From positions 5,113 through 69,112 of the forward strand of contig SCTZ01000129.1 of the NCBI GenBank assembly GCA_004297765.1: a stretch of DNA of 64,000 bases. Reading direction: 5' to 3'. This document shows, piece by piece, positions 18,801-27,770 of this stretch (the stretch's first letter is position 1; every line of letters starts with the position of its first letter). The notes under the pieces were generated by a model. It was not told the DNA's origin. It saw only the letters and a list, made by a program, of their open reading frames with translations, and ran no database searches. The translations under genes and the position numbers were made by a program. The stretch comes from Chloroflexota bacterium. Its GTDB lineage: Bacteria > Chloroflexota > Dehalococcoidia > FW602-bin16.

Positions 18801-21800
18801 TGGGATTCCCCGGGCTGGGCGACGGGTATCGCGGTGTCAGGCAGCTACGCCTTCGTCGCCGACGCCTCCAGCGGTCTGCGAATCGTCAACGTGGCCGACC
18901 CGTATCAGCCCGGCGAGGTCGGCTTCTACGACACACCGGGCAACGCCAACGCCGTCAAGGTGGTCGGCAACTATGCCTACGTCGCCGACGGCTCGGGTGG
19001 GCTGCAGATCATCGACGTCTCCAACCCCTCCGCTGCCGCATGGGTGGCCTCCTTTGCCAACTACGCCGAGCCCGCCCCCTCTACGCTAACAGGACAGGCG
19101 CTCGGCATCTTTGTCGATGGCGGCAAGGCCTACGTAGCGGATGATCTGGGTCTGCTCATCGTCGACGTCTCGAACCCCGCGGGCCCCAGCTTCCTCAGCT
19201 TCCAGTCCACGGAGCTCTGCGGGCAGCACGGCCTCAAGCCCGCCGCCACGGATGTGTTCGTGATGGGCACACGCGCCTACGTTGCCAACAGCAGCGGCTG
19301 GACTGGTGTGCCCGGTGGGTTCTACATCATGGACGTCACTACTCCCACCAGCCCTCAACTCGTCGCTCAGTGGGGCGGAAATCTGCCCGGCAGAGGGTCG
19401 ACGGACGCCATCGCGGTGGCCGGAGACTATGCCTTCACCGCCAACACCGACGGGCTGTTCCGCGCCGTCGATATCGTCAACCTACAGCCGGCCGACAACT
19501 GGATGTGCCCATGGGGTCTGCCCAACCTGCTACAGATGGGCGACTACGTCCCGAAGGTCGGCATATTCCGCGCAGTGGTGGTCGAAAATGGCTACGCTTA
19601 CGGCGCGAGCACGAACAAGGGTCTCCGCATCATGAACGTATCGAATCCGGCGGACCTGTTCTGGGTCAGCACGTTTGAGATGCGCCAGGCCAACGGAATC
19701 GCCAAGAAAGGCAGCGACGTCTACATCGCGGGCTCTAAGAACTACCAGAACGGCGATCTGGTCGACTACATGCCGGGGCTCTGGATTCTGGACGTCTCCA
19801 ACCCGGCCAGCCCCACCTATAAGTCGGGCCTCCAGACCCCGGGGACGCCCAACGGTATCGCTATCGCCGGCAACTATGCGTACCTGGCCGAGTCGACGTA
19901 TCAGGACCTTCTCGGCGCCAGGGGCACGGCCGGGCTGCGCGTTGTCGACATCACCCAGCCGCTGAATCCTGTCGACGCGGGTTTTGTTAGTACGCCGGGG
20001 GCCTACCCCAACGCCGTTAAGGTGGTCGGCAACTACGCCTACATCGCGGCAGGCTCAGGCGGGTTGCAGATCGTCGATATCACCAACCCACTCGCCGCCA
20101 TCCTTGTCAGCTCCTTCCCAGTGCCCGGCCAGGCCACCGACGTCACGGTGGTCGGCAGCTACGCATACATCGCGGCAGGCTCAGCGGGATTGCAGATCGT
20201 CGACGTATCCAACCCGCAGCAGCCGGCTATTGCGCGGGCGATTCCGACATCAGCTCCCGCTATGGCGGTGGCGGTCTCGAACAACCTGGCCTACGTGACG
20301 GATGGCGCCTCCCGCAGCGAGAACGCCGGACTGCGCATGTTCGACCTCTCCTCGCCGAGCACATCCCCTGTCGTGTCCTACGAGCTCGGCGTGGGCTCGA
20401 ACGACATCGTGGTAACAGACGGCAAGGCCTACCTGGTTGGCTTCGGTGGGCTGTACGTCTTCTCGACCAGCGGCGGCAACCAGCCGCCCTCGGCCCAAGC
20501 CGGTACCTACAGTGTGCCCGAGAGCGGCTCCGTTCAACTGGTGGGGACGGGCTCCGCCCCGAACAACAGCCCCCTGTCCTTCAGTTGGGACCTGAACAAC
20601 GACGGAACGTTCGAGACGTCCGGACAGAGCGTCACGTTCTCGGCCGCCGGTCTCGACGGGTCCTCCAGCCAGATCGTGACACTGCAAGTCTGCGACGGCA
20701 GGGGCGCCTGTGCCACCTCCGAAGGCGTCATCAGCGTCACCAACGTGGCCCCCACGGCGACACTCAGCAACGATGGACCCATCAACGAAGGCGGCGTCGC
20801 GAACATCATCTTTAGCAACCAGTTCGATCCCGGACGGACCGACACGACCACCGGCTTGCACTTCGCCGTCTCCTGCTACGGCGTCTTCACGACCACAGTC
20901 ACGTACGCCGGTAGCGGTGCCAGTCCTTCCATCCCCTGCTCGTTTCGCAACGGGACCCAAAATCGCACCGTCTACGGCCGCATTATCGACAAGGACGACG
21001 GGTACACCGAGTACACCACGGTGGTCGTCGTCAACAACGTCGCCCCGACGGTGACGCCACCGGCCGATCAGAGCTCCAACGAGGGCTCCTCGGTCGTCTT
21101 CTCCCTGGGCTCCTTCGCAGATCCCGGCACAGTCGATTACCCCTGGACCGTCGACGTCGACTGGGGCGACGGCTCGGCCCATACCGCTTTCACCACCAGC
21201 ACCCAGGGACCGCTGGGCATGCAGCCACACACCTTCGCAGACAACGGCGTCTACCTCGTCACCGTCAAGGTGACCGACAAGGACGGCGCTCCTGGTGCGG
21301 CAAGCTTCCACGTGACCGTGTCTAACGTGGCGCCCACCGGTACCCTGAGCAACAACGGGCCGATCAACGAGGGCAGCGCCGCCACCGTCGGCTTCACCAA
21401 CCAGACCGACCCGTCCAGTGTCGACCTCACAGCCGGCCTGCACTACGCCTTCACCTGCGACGGGGGCTCGTTGGCTGCCGCAACCTATGCCAGCAGCAAT
21501 ACCAGCGCCTCCACCATCTGCCCGGCCGTCGACAATCCGGGCTACACCGTCAGGGCACGCATCATCGACAAGGACGGTGGATTCAGCGAGTACACCGGCA
21601 CGGTCGTCGTCAACAACGTCCGACCGACTATCGGCGTGATCAGCGGTCCGGTGGCCCCGCTGCAGGTGAACACGATCGTCACCACCACCGCGTCCTTCAC
21701 CGACCCCGGCATTCTGGACAATCACACGGCGGTCTGGGACTGGAATGACGGTCAGACCTCGACCGGCGCAGTGACAGAGATCAAAGGCTCAGGGAGCGTT

Positions 21801-22361
21801 CTGGGCAGCCATACCTACACTGCCGCTGGTGTCTACACCGTCCGCCTGACTTTGACGGACAAGGACGGCAGCTCCGACCAGGCCGTATACCAGTCCTACG
21901 TCGTGATCTACGATCCAGGGGCTGGCTTCGTCACTGGCGGCGGCTGGATCAATTCGCCAGCCGGGGCTTACGCCCTCGACGCATCGCTCACGGGTCGGGC
22001 CAACTTTGGGTTCAACTCCAAGTACCTGCCGGGACGAACTGCGCCGAGCGGACAGACCGAGTTCCAGTTCAAGACCGCCAATCTGAACTTCCACAGCGAA
22101 GACTACGAGTGGCTGGTCGTCTCGGGTCGCAAGGGTCAGTATCGGGGCACCGGCACCGTCAGCGGACAGGGGAGCTACGGCTTCCTGCTGACCGTTATCG
22201 ACGGCGATCTGAGCGGCGGTGATGGCATCGACCGGTTCCGCATCAAGATCTGGGACAAGAACAAGGGCAACGGTCTGGTCTACGACAACCAGAGCGGGGC
22301 CGACGACACGGCCGACCCGACCACGGCCCTGGCGGGAGGCAGCATCGTCATCCACAAGTAG
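15855..22361 (+). CDS. Giant secreted LVIVD-repeat beta-propeller / PKD-domain protein (adhesin-like)
   Basis: 2168 aa from a GTG start, with signal peptide MNKRTLTTLAILLFSFALLLMP. It has dozens of LVIVD-type units (GLRIIDISDP, GLQIIDVSNP, GLLIVDVS, LHVIDVSNP). PKD-like domains are also present (DPDNDPLTFAWDLDNDGTFE; WDWNDGQTSTG...HTYTAAGVYTVRLTLTDKDG). A C-terminal domain reads GGGWINSP...DRFRIKIWDK. Confidence 0.9.
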   Translation: MNKRTLTTLAILLFSFALLLMPRGATPISAVAPPPSVDLLGQIGGGAVAFALQGNYAYVGVGPRLVTVDITDPAHMTVIGQSDVQSSYIRGVAVSGNYAYAASGTRLNVFDISNASHPTAVAVWVRPTNTPGLAAGITVVGSYAYLADGASGLRIIDISDPLNPSQAGHYVTPGGQGGGQAVKVVGSLAYVADGPGGLQIIDVSNPSAPTWVGSFANYAEPAPSTLTGKALGVFVNNGLAYVGDDLGLLIVDVSTPSSPSFVSFISTEQCGQHGVGPGATDVFVVGGRAYVANQGTWGDVQSGLYVHSGLYIVDVSAPATPQFVAQWGTDVRDTGTAHGIAVSGGHAFVAFNAGLFRAVDVVNLQPSHYAACPPGTPNLLQAGDYVPKIGSLNGVVVENGYAYGASPWNGLRVMDVSNPASPSWVSTFVMRQAFGIAKKGADVYIAGNAWHPDSFADGPGLWILDVANPANPTVRSSLLTPGTPNGIALSGSYAYLAEAAYVDTGTGTTRGVSGLRIVDISSPANPTQVVLVATPGSPKAVAVVGNYAYVAAGTAGLQIVDATVPASASLVASYPLAGGANAVDVAVVGSRAYVAGGSNLHVIDVSNPQSPSLVRALPVRNNALAVSVVDDYAYVVDGTSGPSNSRVSVFDLLSSNTTPVVSWFGAGTGADVVVTGGLTYVPGNSSGLYIVRFNLPVRNQPPTAQAGTYSVPEAGSVQLAGTGTDPDNDPLTFAWDLDNDGTFETSAQNVTFSAANLDGPASRTVVLQVCDGKGACTTSNGVVNVTNVPPMATLSNNGPVDAGSPATISFSNPSDPSGVDIAAGFHYAFACDGGSLDTARYATSGAWTSTQCTYASVPSDHTVRGRIIDKDDGFAEYTTVVHVNNAPAPAPTVNYINQIGGAALAVAIQGNHAYVGVGPRLHVVDISAPANMTVVGISQVLPAVIRGVAVSGDGNRAYLAAGQRGLYVFDTSNRAQPVLMGNWDSPGWATGIAVSGSYAFVADASSGLRIVNVADPYQPGEVGFYDTPGNANAVKVVGNYAYVADGSGGLQIIDVSNPSAAAWVASFANYAEPAPSTLTGQALGIFVDGGKAYVADDLGLLIVDVSNPAGPSFLSFQSTELCGQHGLKPAATDVFVMGTRAYVANSSGWTGVPGGFYIMDVTTPTSPQLVAQWGGNLPGRGSTDAIAVAGDYAFTANTDGLFRAVDIVNLQPADNWMCPWGLPNLLQMGDYVPKVGIFRAVVVENGYAYGASTNKGLRIMNVSNPADLFWVSTFEMRQANGIAKKGSDVYIAGSKNYQNGDLVDYMPGLWILDVSNPASPTYKSGLQTPGTPNGIAIAGNYAYLAESTYQDLLGARGTAGLRVVDITQPLNPVDAGFVSTPGAYPNAVKVVGNYAYIAAGSGGLQIVDITNPLAAILVSSFPVPGQATDVTVVGSYAYIAAGSAGLQIVDVSNPQQPAIARAIPTSAPAMAVAVSNNLAYVTDGASRSENAGLRMFDLSSPSTSPVVSYELGVGSNDIVVTDGKAYLVGFGGLYVFSTSGGNQPPSAQAGTYSVPESGSVQLVGTGSAPNNSPLSFSWDLNNDGTFETSGQSVTFSAAGLDGSSSQIVTLQVCDGRGACATSEGVISVTNVAPTATLSNDGPINEGGVANIIFSNQFDPGRTDTTTGLHFAVSCYGVFTTTVTYAGSGASPSIPCSFRNGTQNRTVYGRIIDKDDGYTEYTTVVVVNNVAPTVTPPADQSSNEGSSVVFSLGSFADPGTVDYPWTVDVDWGDGSAHTAFTTSTQGPLGMQPHTFADNGVYLVTVKVTDKDGAPGAASFHVTVSNVAPTGTLSNNGPINEGSAATVGFTNQTDPSSVDLTAGLHYAFTCDGGSLAAATYASSNTSASTICPAVDNPGYTVRARIIDKDGGFSEYTGTVVVNNVRPTIGVISGPVAPLQVNTIVTTTASFTDPGILDNHTAVWDWNDGQTSTGAVTEIKGSGSVLGSHTYTAAGVYTVRLTLTDKDGSSDQAVYQSYVVIYDPGAGFVTGGGWINSPAGAYALDASLTGRANFGFNSKYLPGRTAPSGQTEFQFKTANLNFHSEDYEWLVVSGRKGQYRGTGTVSGQGSYGFLLTVIDGDLSGGDGIDRFRIKIWDKNKGNGLVYDNQSGADDTADPTTALAGGSIVIHK

Positions 22362-22640
22362 TAGCTTGAATCAATAGGACCGCAGCTTCTCAGGAGCGCG
22401 TACAGAGCAGGGTCGACTCTACTGCGATTTGCGCGCTCCCTCATTGGTATTCGACACGGCAGGCCACGACGCGGTTGGGGCGATTTGACCGCTAGCAGAG
22501 TCGTGTGTTAGACTGCGCCCAGATACGCTATCTTGCTCTCGACGCCTCAGCGTGGTGCCAGGTCGTGCCTTCTTCACTGCCTGGTCAGCCCTCCTCGATG
22601 ACTGTGCACCACCCAACGCCGAGATCCCACGTGACGGAAC

Positions 22641-23897
22641 ATGGACGAGCTACTGCACGACGAAGCCCTGCTCGCGGGGAAGACGGGCCCGATCTATCAA
22701 GTCTTCGGCTCTCTCTTCATTCGCAATTACCGCCTTCTGTGGCTGGGCAATCTCCTCTCCTCCACCGCGGTGTGGATGGAGCAAGTTGCGGCCGGCTGGC
22801 TAATGCTGCTGCTGTCCGGCTCGCCTTTCATGGTGGGGTTGGCCTCGTTCGCGCGCGGCATCCCCTTGCTGCTGGTCTCACCCGCCAGTGGAGTACTGGC
22901 CGACCGTCTGGATCGCCGTCGTCTTCTGATCACCAACCAGGCCATTCTCGTCACCGTCGCTCTGATCCTAGCTGTCCTGATCGCGACCGGGTGGATCACC
23001 CCCTGGCAGCTTCTGGCCGGCGCGGTAGTGAGCGGCATCACCTCCGCCATGCTCCTCCCCACACGACAGACGCTCGTATCGAGCTTGGTGGGACGCGCCC
23101 ACTTGACCAATGCCATCGCGCTGCAATCCATGGGCAACAGTACTACCCGAATACTGGGTCCATCCTTGGCCGGAGCGCTGATCGGCGTCATCGGCGTCAT
23201 GGCCTGCTACTTTGTGCAAGCCGCCAGCTATGTCTCTGCCCTGTGTCTGACCGTATCGATGAGGACGCCGCCCAACGGCCGGGACGCCGCCGGCGAGACG
23301 ATGTGGCAAAACCTGCGCGCGGGGTTCAGCTACATCAGGGCAGACAGGTCCGTCCTGAGCATCCTGATCATGGCATCGGTGACCAGCGTATTCGCCATGC
23401 CCTACACTTCGATGCTGCCCGTGCTGGCCCGAGACGTTTTCAAGGTCGATGCATCGGGGCTGGGTATCCTGATGACTACCATGGGCGTCGGCTCGCTCGT
23501 GGGCTCACTAGCTCTGGCTGCCTGGACTGCACCTCCCCGCCGTGGACCGATGGTGCTCGTTTCCGTTCTTGTCCTCAGCCTGGGGACTGTGGCCCTGGCA
23601 CTGGCCGACTCCTATTTCACCGCCTGCGTGGTCATGGCCGTGATCGGGTTGGCCAACTCCTTCGCCTTGGCTCTCTACAATACGCTGATTCAGGTGCTCG
23701 TCCCCGACGCTCTGCGGGGCCGCGTGATGAGCGCCTACATGATGACCTTCGGACTGACGCCGTTGGGCGCCCTGGTAGTCGGCGCAATCGCCGAGGTCGG
23801 CGGCGCTCCGCTGGCCATCGGCCTGGGCGGCGGCATTAGCGCCGTCGCGGCTATCCTGGTCGCTATCTATTTCCCCGAGCTACGCGCGCTGGAGTAA
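22641..23897 (+). CDS. MFS transporter (12-TM, EntS/MFS_3-like)
   Basis: 418 aa and hydrophobic throughout. The loop 2-3 motif is GVLADRLDRRRLL, and a second-half repeat is present. Confidence 0.85.
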   Translation: MDELLHDEALLAGKTGPIYQVFGSLFIRNYRLLWLGNLLSSTAVWMEQVAAGWLMLLLSGSPFMVGLASFARGIPLLLVSPASGVLADRLDRRRLLITNQAILVTVALILAVLIATGWITPWQLLAGAVVSGITSAMLLPTRQTLVSSLVGRAHLTNAIALQSMGNSTTRILGPSLAGALIGVIGVMACYFVQAASYVSALCLTVSMRTPPNGRDAAGETMWQNLRAGFSYIRADRSVLSILIMASVTSVFAMPYTSMLPVLARDVFKVDASGLGILMTTMGVGSLVGSLALAAWTAPPRRGPMVLVSVLVLSLGTVALALADSYFTACVVMAVIGLANSFALALYNTLIQVLVPDALRGRVMSAYMMTFGLTPLGALVVGAIAEVGGAPLAIGLGGGISAVAAILVAIYFPELRALE

Positions 23898-23995
23898 CGA
23901 GCCACAATGCCGGGCGAGAGCTTATCCACCACCCGGCATTAGGATGTGAGCATTTCTCGCGCAGATCCTTGAGTCCGCCACGAGTTGTTGTCCTG

Positions 23996-24685
23996 TTAGG
24001 CTGCCTTCTTGGCCCTCTGGCTCGGCTCCGTCACCATAGCGTGAGCGTAGACCAGCCCAAGTCCGTAGGCTCCCCCATGCGCCTCGATGATATCGAGGAC
24101 AGGCTGATAGGTCTCCTGGCGCGCCCAGTCGCGTTGCCATTCGAGCATCAGTTGCATCCAGGTCAGCGGGACCACGCCCTTCTGGATCATGCGCTGCATC
24201 GCCATGTCATGAACCACCGTGCTCACGTCGCCGCAGGCGTCGGTGACCACGTAGACTTCGTAGCCGTCGGCCAGCGCCGTGAGCGCTGGGAAAGCGGCAC
24301 AGATCTCTGTCCAGAGGCCGGCAATGATCACCTTCTTTCGGCCGGTCCGCTTCACTGCCTCGACCACACGCTGGTCTTCCCAGGCATTCATCGTCGTGCG
24401 ATCGATCGGCTCCTGCTGGGGGAAAACCGCCTGGATCTGTGGGAAAAGCGGCCCGCTGAAGGTCTCGGCCGCAATGGTCGTCAGAATCGTCGGGACATTG
24501 AAGAGCTTCGCCGCCTTCGCCAGGCCGACCACGTTACTGATCAACAACTGCCGATCGATCGACTGGACGCCAAAGGCCATCTGAGGCTGGTGGTCGATCA
24601 ACAACAGCACGCAGCTACCTGCATCAAGTAGGGGAATGTTCTGAGGACCCATCCCGGTCGCGGACGTCTCCCTTGTTTCAGCCAT
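23996..24685 (-). CDS. Isochorismatase-family cysteine hydrolase (YcaC-like)
   Basis: 229 aa. LLLIDHQPQM (catalytic Asp region), KKVIIAGLWTEICAAFPAL (catalytic Cys) and YVVTDACGD. Confidence 0.85.
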   Translation of the reverse strand: MAETRETSATGMGPQNIPLLDAGSCVLLLIDHQPQMAFGVQSIDRQLLISNVVGLAKAAKLFNVPTILTTIAAETFSGPLFPQIQAVFPQQEPIDRTTMNAWEDQRVVEAVKRTGRKKVIIAGLWTEICAAFPALTALADGYEVYVVTDACGDVSTVVHDMAMQRMIQKGVVPLTWMQLMLEWQRDWARQETYQPVLDIIEAHGGAYGLGLVYAHAMVTEPSQRAKKAA

Positions 24686-25014
24686 CGCTTACCTCCATCT
24701 TGGTGCGACTCTGTCGTACGGCGAGGTTCATGCAGGAGGTGTGCCAATTCGGGCGGGTGCCGTGTTGATGGCCGTACGCCCTCCAGCTGGGCAGACTCAA
24801 GAAGAAAACGTCCTTCCCAGCCTTGTCTCGCCCTATGCTAACCTGCTACAATCGCGAGCAAGCTATCCGGCGTTATCGCGTCTCTGCGTTGGCCGACAGG
24901 ACGAGACCCTTTTGTTTTCCGAGTTGTGCGAGCATTGCGCCGGCTTGTGCAAGTTCGGAGAGGACTATCGCGCTCTGTTGAAGATAGCGAAGTCGAAGTA
25001 AAGGAGGACACAAC

Positions 25015-25530
25015 ATGGCCACACGAAAAGGGTCCAAGCAAGAGCCTCAGCTCATCGAGATGCCGGCCCAGAAGATGGCCGTCGTCTACACCCAGGGCGA
25101 CCCGAACGTCGTTGGAGGGCAGGCCATCCCTGCGCTGTATGGCTCGGCCTACACGCTCAAGTTCGATCTCAAGAAGAAAGGCGTCGAGTACAAAGTAGGA
25201 GTTCTGCGGGCGCGCTGGCCCAGCTCGCTGGATACGCCCAAGGACCAATGGATCGGCATCTGGGGCTTGCCCCTCCCTGACGACACCTCTGCCGTGCCCC
25301 AGAAAGAGCCGGCCGTAGAGGTCAAGCTGGAGACGTGGGAGTACGGCACGGTGGCTCAGATCCTCCACGTGGGTCCCTACGCCGACGAGGAGCCCACAGT
25401 CCAGCGCCTCCACGAGTTCATCGCCCAGAATGGCTACGAAATAGCCGGTCATCACGAAGAGGAGTATCTCACGACCCCGAAGGCCAAGGTGCAAAAGACC
25501 CTCATCCGCTACTCGGTCAAGAGGAAGTAG
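25015..25530 (+). CDS. GyrI-like small-molecule-binding domain protein
   Basis: 171 aa. A pseudo-twofold beta-alpha-beta-beta pattern is suggested by IEMPAQKMAVVYTQGDP... and ...GTVAQILHVGPYADE...FIAQNGYEIAGHHEEEYLTTP. Confidence 0.65.
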   Translation: MATRKGSKQEPQLIEMPAQKMAVVYTQGDPNVVGGQAIPALYGSAYTLKFDLKKKGVEYKVGVLRARWPSSLDTPKDQWIGIWGLPLPDDTSAVPQKEPAVEVKLETWEYGTVAQILHVGPYADEEPTVQRLHEFIAQNGYEIAGHHEEEYLTTPKAKVQKTLIRYSVKRK

Positions 25531-25536
25531 ACCGGA

Positions 25537-26064
25537 ATGCAGCCGATCGCTATGCCGACCTCGCCGGCTCGGCTCATTCTGATCGGGCTTTTGTCCTGGC
25601 TATCCATGCTCGGCTTCGACTTTCTACTGCACGGCGGAGTGCTGGCAGGGCTTTACGTTGAGCCAAGCCCGTTCCTGCTATCACCGGCCGAAGCGTTCAA
25701 GCGGATACCGTTGGGATACCTGGCCTTTCTTGTTCTCGCGATCATGCTCCTGTGGCTTATGCACCGTCTCAGAATCGTCGGATGGCGGCCCGGCTCTCGC
25801 TTTGGACTGACGTTGGGTGGTCTCCTCTGGTCCGCACAGACACTTGCCCTGCTATCCATCTCCACGGCCGATTGGGCGTTGCTCGTCGGCTGGTTTGTCG
25901 GTCAAACGCTGCAATTCGGGATCGCCGGCGCGGTCGTCGGCAGCGGACTGGCCGGGGTCAGTCTGCGGCATCTGTCCTTTGTTGTGGCAGCATTTGTCAT
26001 CGTCACCCTGGTATTGACAGTGGTCCTGCAATCTCTCGGACTGGCGCCGGCCGTCCGGATGTGA
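25537..26064 (+). CDS. Hypothetical integral membrane protein (about 4 TM)
   Basis: 175 aa with a hydrophobic profile. It starts 6 nt after the GyrI-like gene. No family recognised. Confidence 0.5.
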   Translation: MQPIAMPTSPARLILIGLLSWLSMLGFDFLLHGGVLAGLYVEPSPFLLSPAEAFKRIPLGYLAFLVLAIMLLWLMHRLRIVGWRPGSRFGLTLGGLLWSAQTLALLSISTADWALLVGWFVGQTLQFGIAGAVVGSGLAGVSLRHLSFVVAAFVIVTLVLTVVLQSLGLAPAVRM

Positions 26065-26088
26065 GAGGCAAGTAGACTTTAGCAACTA

Positions 26089-26372
26089 TTACCGTCGTGG
26101 CCGTTTCCTCCGCAGGTAGATTGCGGTCCCAATGGTCGGAATGCTGATAAGCGTCGCGATCACATTGGCTACCACGACCGGCACCGAATGATTCACGACG
26201 CCATAGGCCAACCAGAGGGGTAGCCGATGGTGAGCACGGTCAGGAAGGGCAGCGACACGTTGTGCGCCGACCGGGTTTGGACCATGCGCTTCAGTTGGAA
26301 GAGAGGACCGCAGTCCATGACGATGCCCCAGACGGTCACTACGACACCGATGATATCCGCAAATGACAACAC
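26089..26372 (-). pseudogene. SemiSWEET (PQ-loop, 3-TM sugar transporter) gene interrupted by a 1-nt frameshift
   Basis: Frame a reads VLSFADIIGVVVTVWGIVMDCGPLFQLKRMVQTRSAHNVSLPFLTVLTIGY and then stops. The offset frame continues LWLAYGVVNHSVPVVVANVIATLISIPTIGTAIYLRRKRPRR*. Joined, they match the SemiSWEET pattern (PQ..K...TRSA..(V/I)SL...LWL.YG...P...N). The length of 284 nt is not a multiple of 3. The break is at a GGGG run on the plus strand (26217-26220). Confidence 0.7.
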
Positions 26373-26674
26373 ACGTACGGACCTCCCACCCAACGCTCGA
26401 TACCGACCGGAAGCTCCGTGCGAGCTCACGCCCTCAGACGATCCAGCCTGCCGATGTACTCCCCAAGTACGGGCGTCTTCGCCAGCACCGCTCCGCGGTG
26501 ATGCGCACCGCCTGTCGGACGACTTGAAGGCGCAATCCGCGAAGAGCGCGAGCCAGACTGAGCATACATCTTCCGTATTGTACGATCAGCGCGGCCGTCC
26601 CGGATAGCTCCAAACGACGGTTTCGCGACGCTTCTCCCCCATGGCGAGTTGCCGATGTGCGCTGAAAAAGGGTA

Positions 26675-26697
26675 CAATAGGTCATGATGACCTATTG
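26675..26697 (+). promoter_or_regulatory. Perfect 9-bp inverted repeat (CAATAGGTC-ATGAT-GACCTATTG) overlapping a TACAAT -10-like box; candidate Phd/VapC operator
   Basis: Read directly from the sequence, 26-50 nt upstream of the phd start. Type II TA operons are typically autoregulated at such palindromes. Confidence 0.5.
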
Positions 26698-26723
26698 GTC
26701 AATACTTGGCGTAGGAGGGCGTG

Positions 26724-27026
26724 ATGGCGAGGAGAGTGAGCGCGGCAATGGCGAAATCTCACCTTTCCGACCTAATGGCCAGCGTTGCTCATCAGGGCCA
26801 GCACTACATCATCGAACGGCGCGGCAAGCCGGTGGCCGCGCTTGTAACCGTAAACGAGCTGGAGAAGCTGGAGCAAGAGAGCGCGAAGTCAGACCGCCCG
26901 CTGGGCGCCCTTGCGCTGGTTGGCGCGTGGCGCGAAATCGAGGAAGACGAATTCGATCGGATACTGGCCGACATCTACAGCGAACGCGAGCGTGATACCG
27001 GGCGGCAAGTGGACCTTGGCAACTGA
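26724..27026 (+). CDS. Phd/YefM-family antitoxin
   Basis: MARRVSAAMAKSHLSDLMASVAHQGQHYIIERRGKPVAALVTVNELEKLE is the canonical Phd/YefM N-terminal fold pattern. GTAGGAGGG lies upstream. Confidence 0.8.
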   Translation: MARRVSAAMAKSHLSDLMASVAHQGQHYIIERRGKPVAALVTVNELEKLEQESAKSDRPLGALALVGAWREIEEDEFDRILADIYSERERDTGRQVDLGN

Positions 27027-27450
27027 TTATCTGCTCGACACCGACATCTTGAGCGATCTGCTAAAAAGGACGCCCTCGACCAGGCTCATCACGAAGCTGG
27101 CGGCGATTCCGCCGGAGCACCAGTTCACCTCCAGCATCACGCTGGGCGAGTTGATCTACGGAGCCAGCCGCGTCAGGGAACGTGGTCCGCTTTTGCTCAA
27201 ACGAATCGAGGACAACCTGTTGCCGAACTTGCCCATCCTCCCGTTCGACGCCGTGGCCGCGCGCCGCTACGGCGAGCTGAGGGCAACTCTTGAGCGACAG
27301 GGAATCCTGATCGGCGACGCCGACCTTAGAATCGCAGCAATCGCCCTTTCAAGAAATCTTGTAATAGTAACCGGCAACGTCCGCCACTTCCAGCGGATCG
27401 CGGAGGCCGGTGGTTTGGTGGTGGAAAACTGGCTCGAAGAAAGAGACTGA
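27016..27450 (+). CDS. vapC: PIN-domain toxin (VapC family)
   Basis: The TTG start overlaps the phd stop. YLLDTDILSDLLK, TSSITLGELIYG and LIGDADLRIAAIALSRNLVIVTGNVRHF supply the PIN acidic residues in canonical positions. Confidence 0.85.
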   Translation: MATDYLLDTDILSDLLKRTPSTRLITKLAAIPPEHQFTSSITLGELIYGASRVRERGPLLLKRIEDNLLPNLPILPFDAVAARRYGELRATLERQGILIGDADLRIAAIALSRNLVIVTGNVRHFQRIAEAGGLVVENWLEERD

Positions 27451-27542
27451 AAATGCCCGGGCCTGGACCTTCGTAATCTGATGTGCTAGCATTAAGCATC
27501 AGATGCGCACCGCTGGCGTGCCACCGAGTTGGAGGAAAAAGC

Positions 27543-27770
27543 ATGCGCACGACCCTAGATGTTGAAGATGATGTTCTCCTAGCAGCCAAGGAAATCGCTA
27601 AACAGCGAGGCGTTGGGGTCGGCAAAGTACTATCTGACCTGGCCCGACAATCATTGACCCGCCGGGTTTCGGGTCCCACCAGAGATGGGCTTCCGCTGTT
27701 CCCGATCCAGCCGGACGCAGGCGTCGTCACGTTGGAGCTGGTCAATCGGCTACGAGACGAAACCCCATGA
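27543..27770 (+). CDS. vapB: VapB-type antitoxin (MRTTLDxDD family)
   Basis: The ATG at 27543 follows GGAGGAAAAAGC. MRTTLDVEDDVLLAAKEIAKQRGVGVGKVLSDLARQSL is the typical N-terminus of this VapB class. The stop overlaps the next gene (ATGA). Confidence 0.75.
   Translation: MRTTLDVEDDVLLAAKEIAKQRGVGVGKVLSDLARQSLTRRVSGPTRDGLPLFPIQPDAGVVTLELVNRLRDETP

Noticed and set aside
24741-25001. The 86-aa plus-strand ORF in the divergent region between the isochorismatase and GyrI-like genes. The 87-aa ORF at 54234-54497 is a similar case.
   Set aside because: Neither has an RBS or recognisable motifs. They lie in promoter or terminator regions, and 54234-54497 contains the 54290-54326 hairpin.
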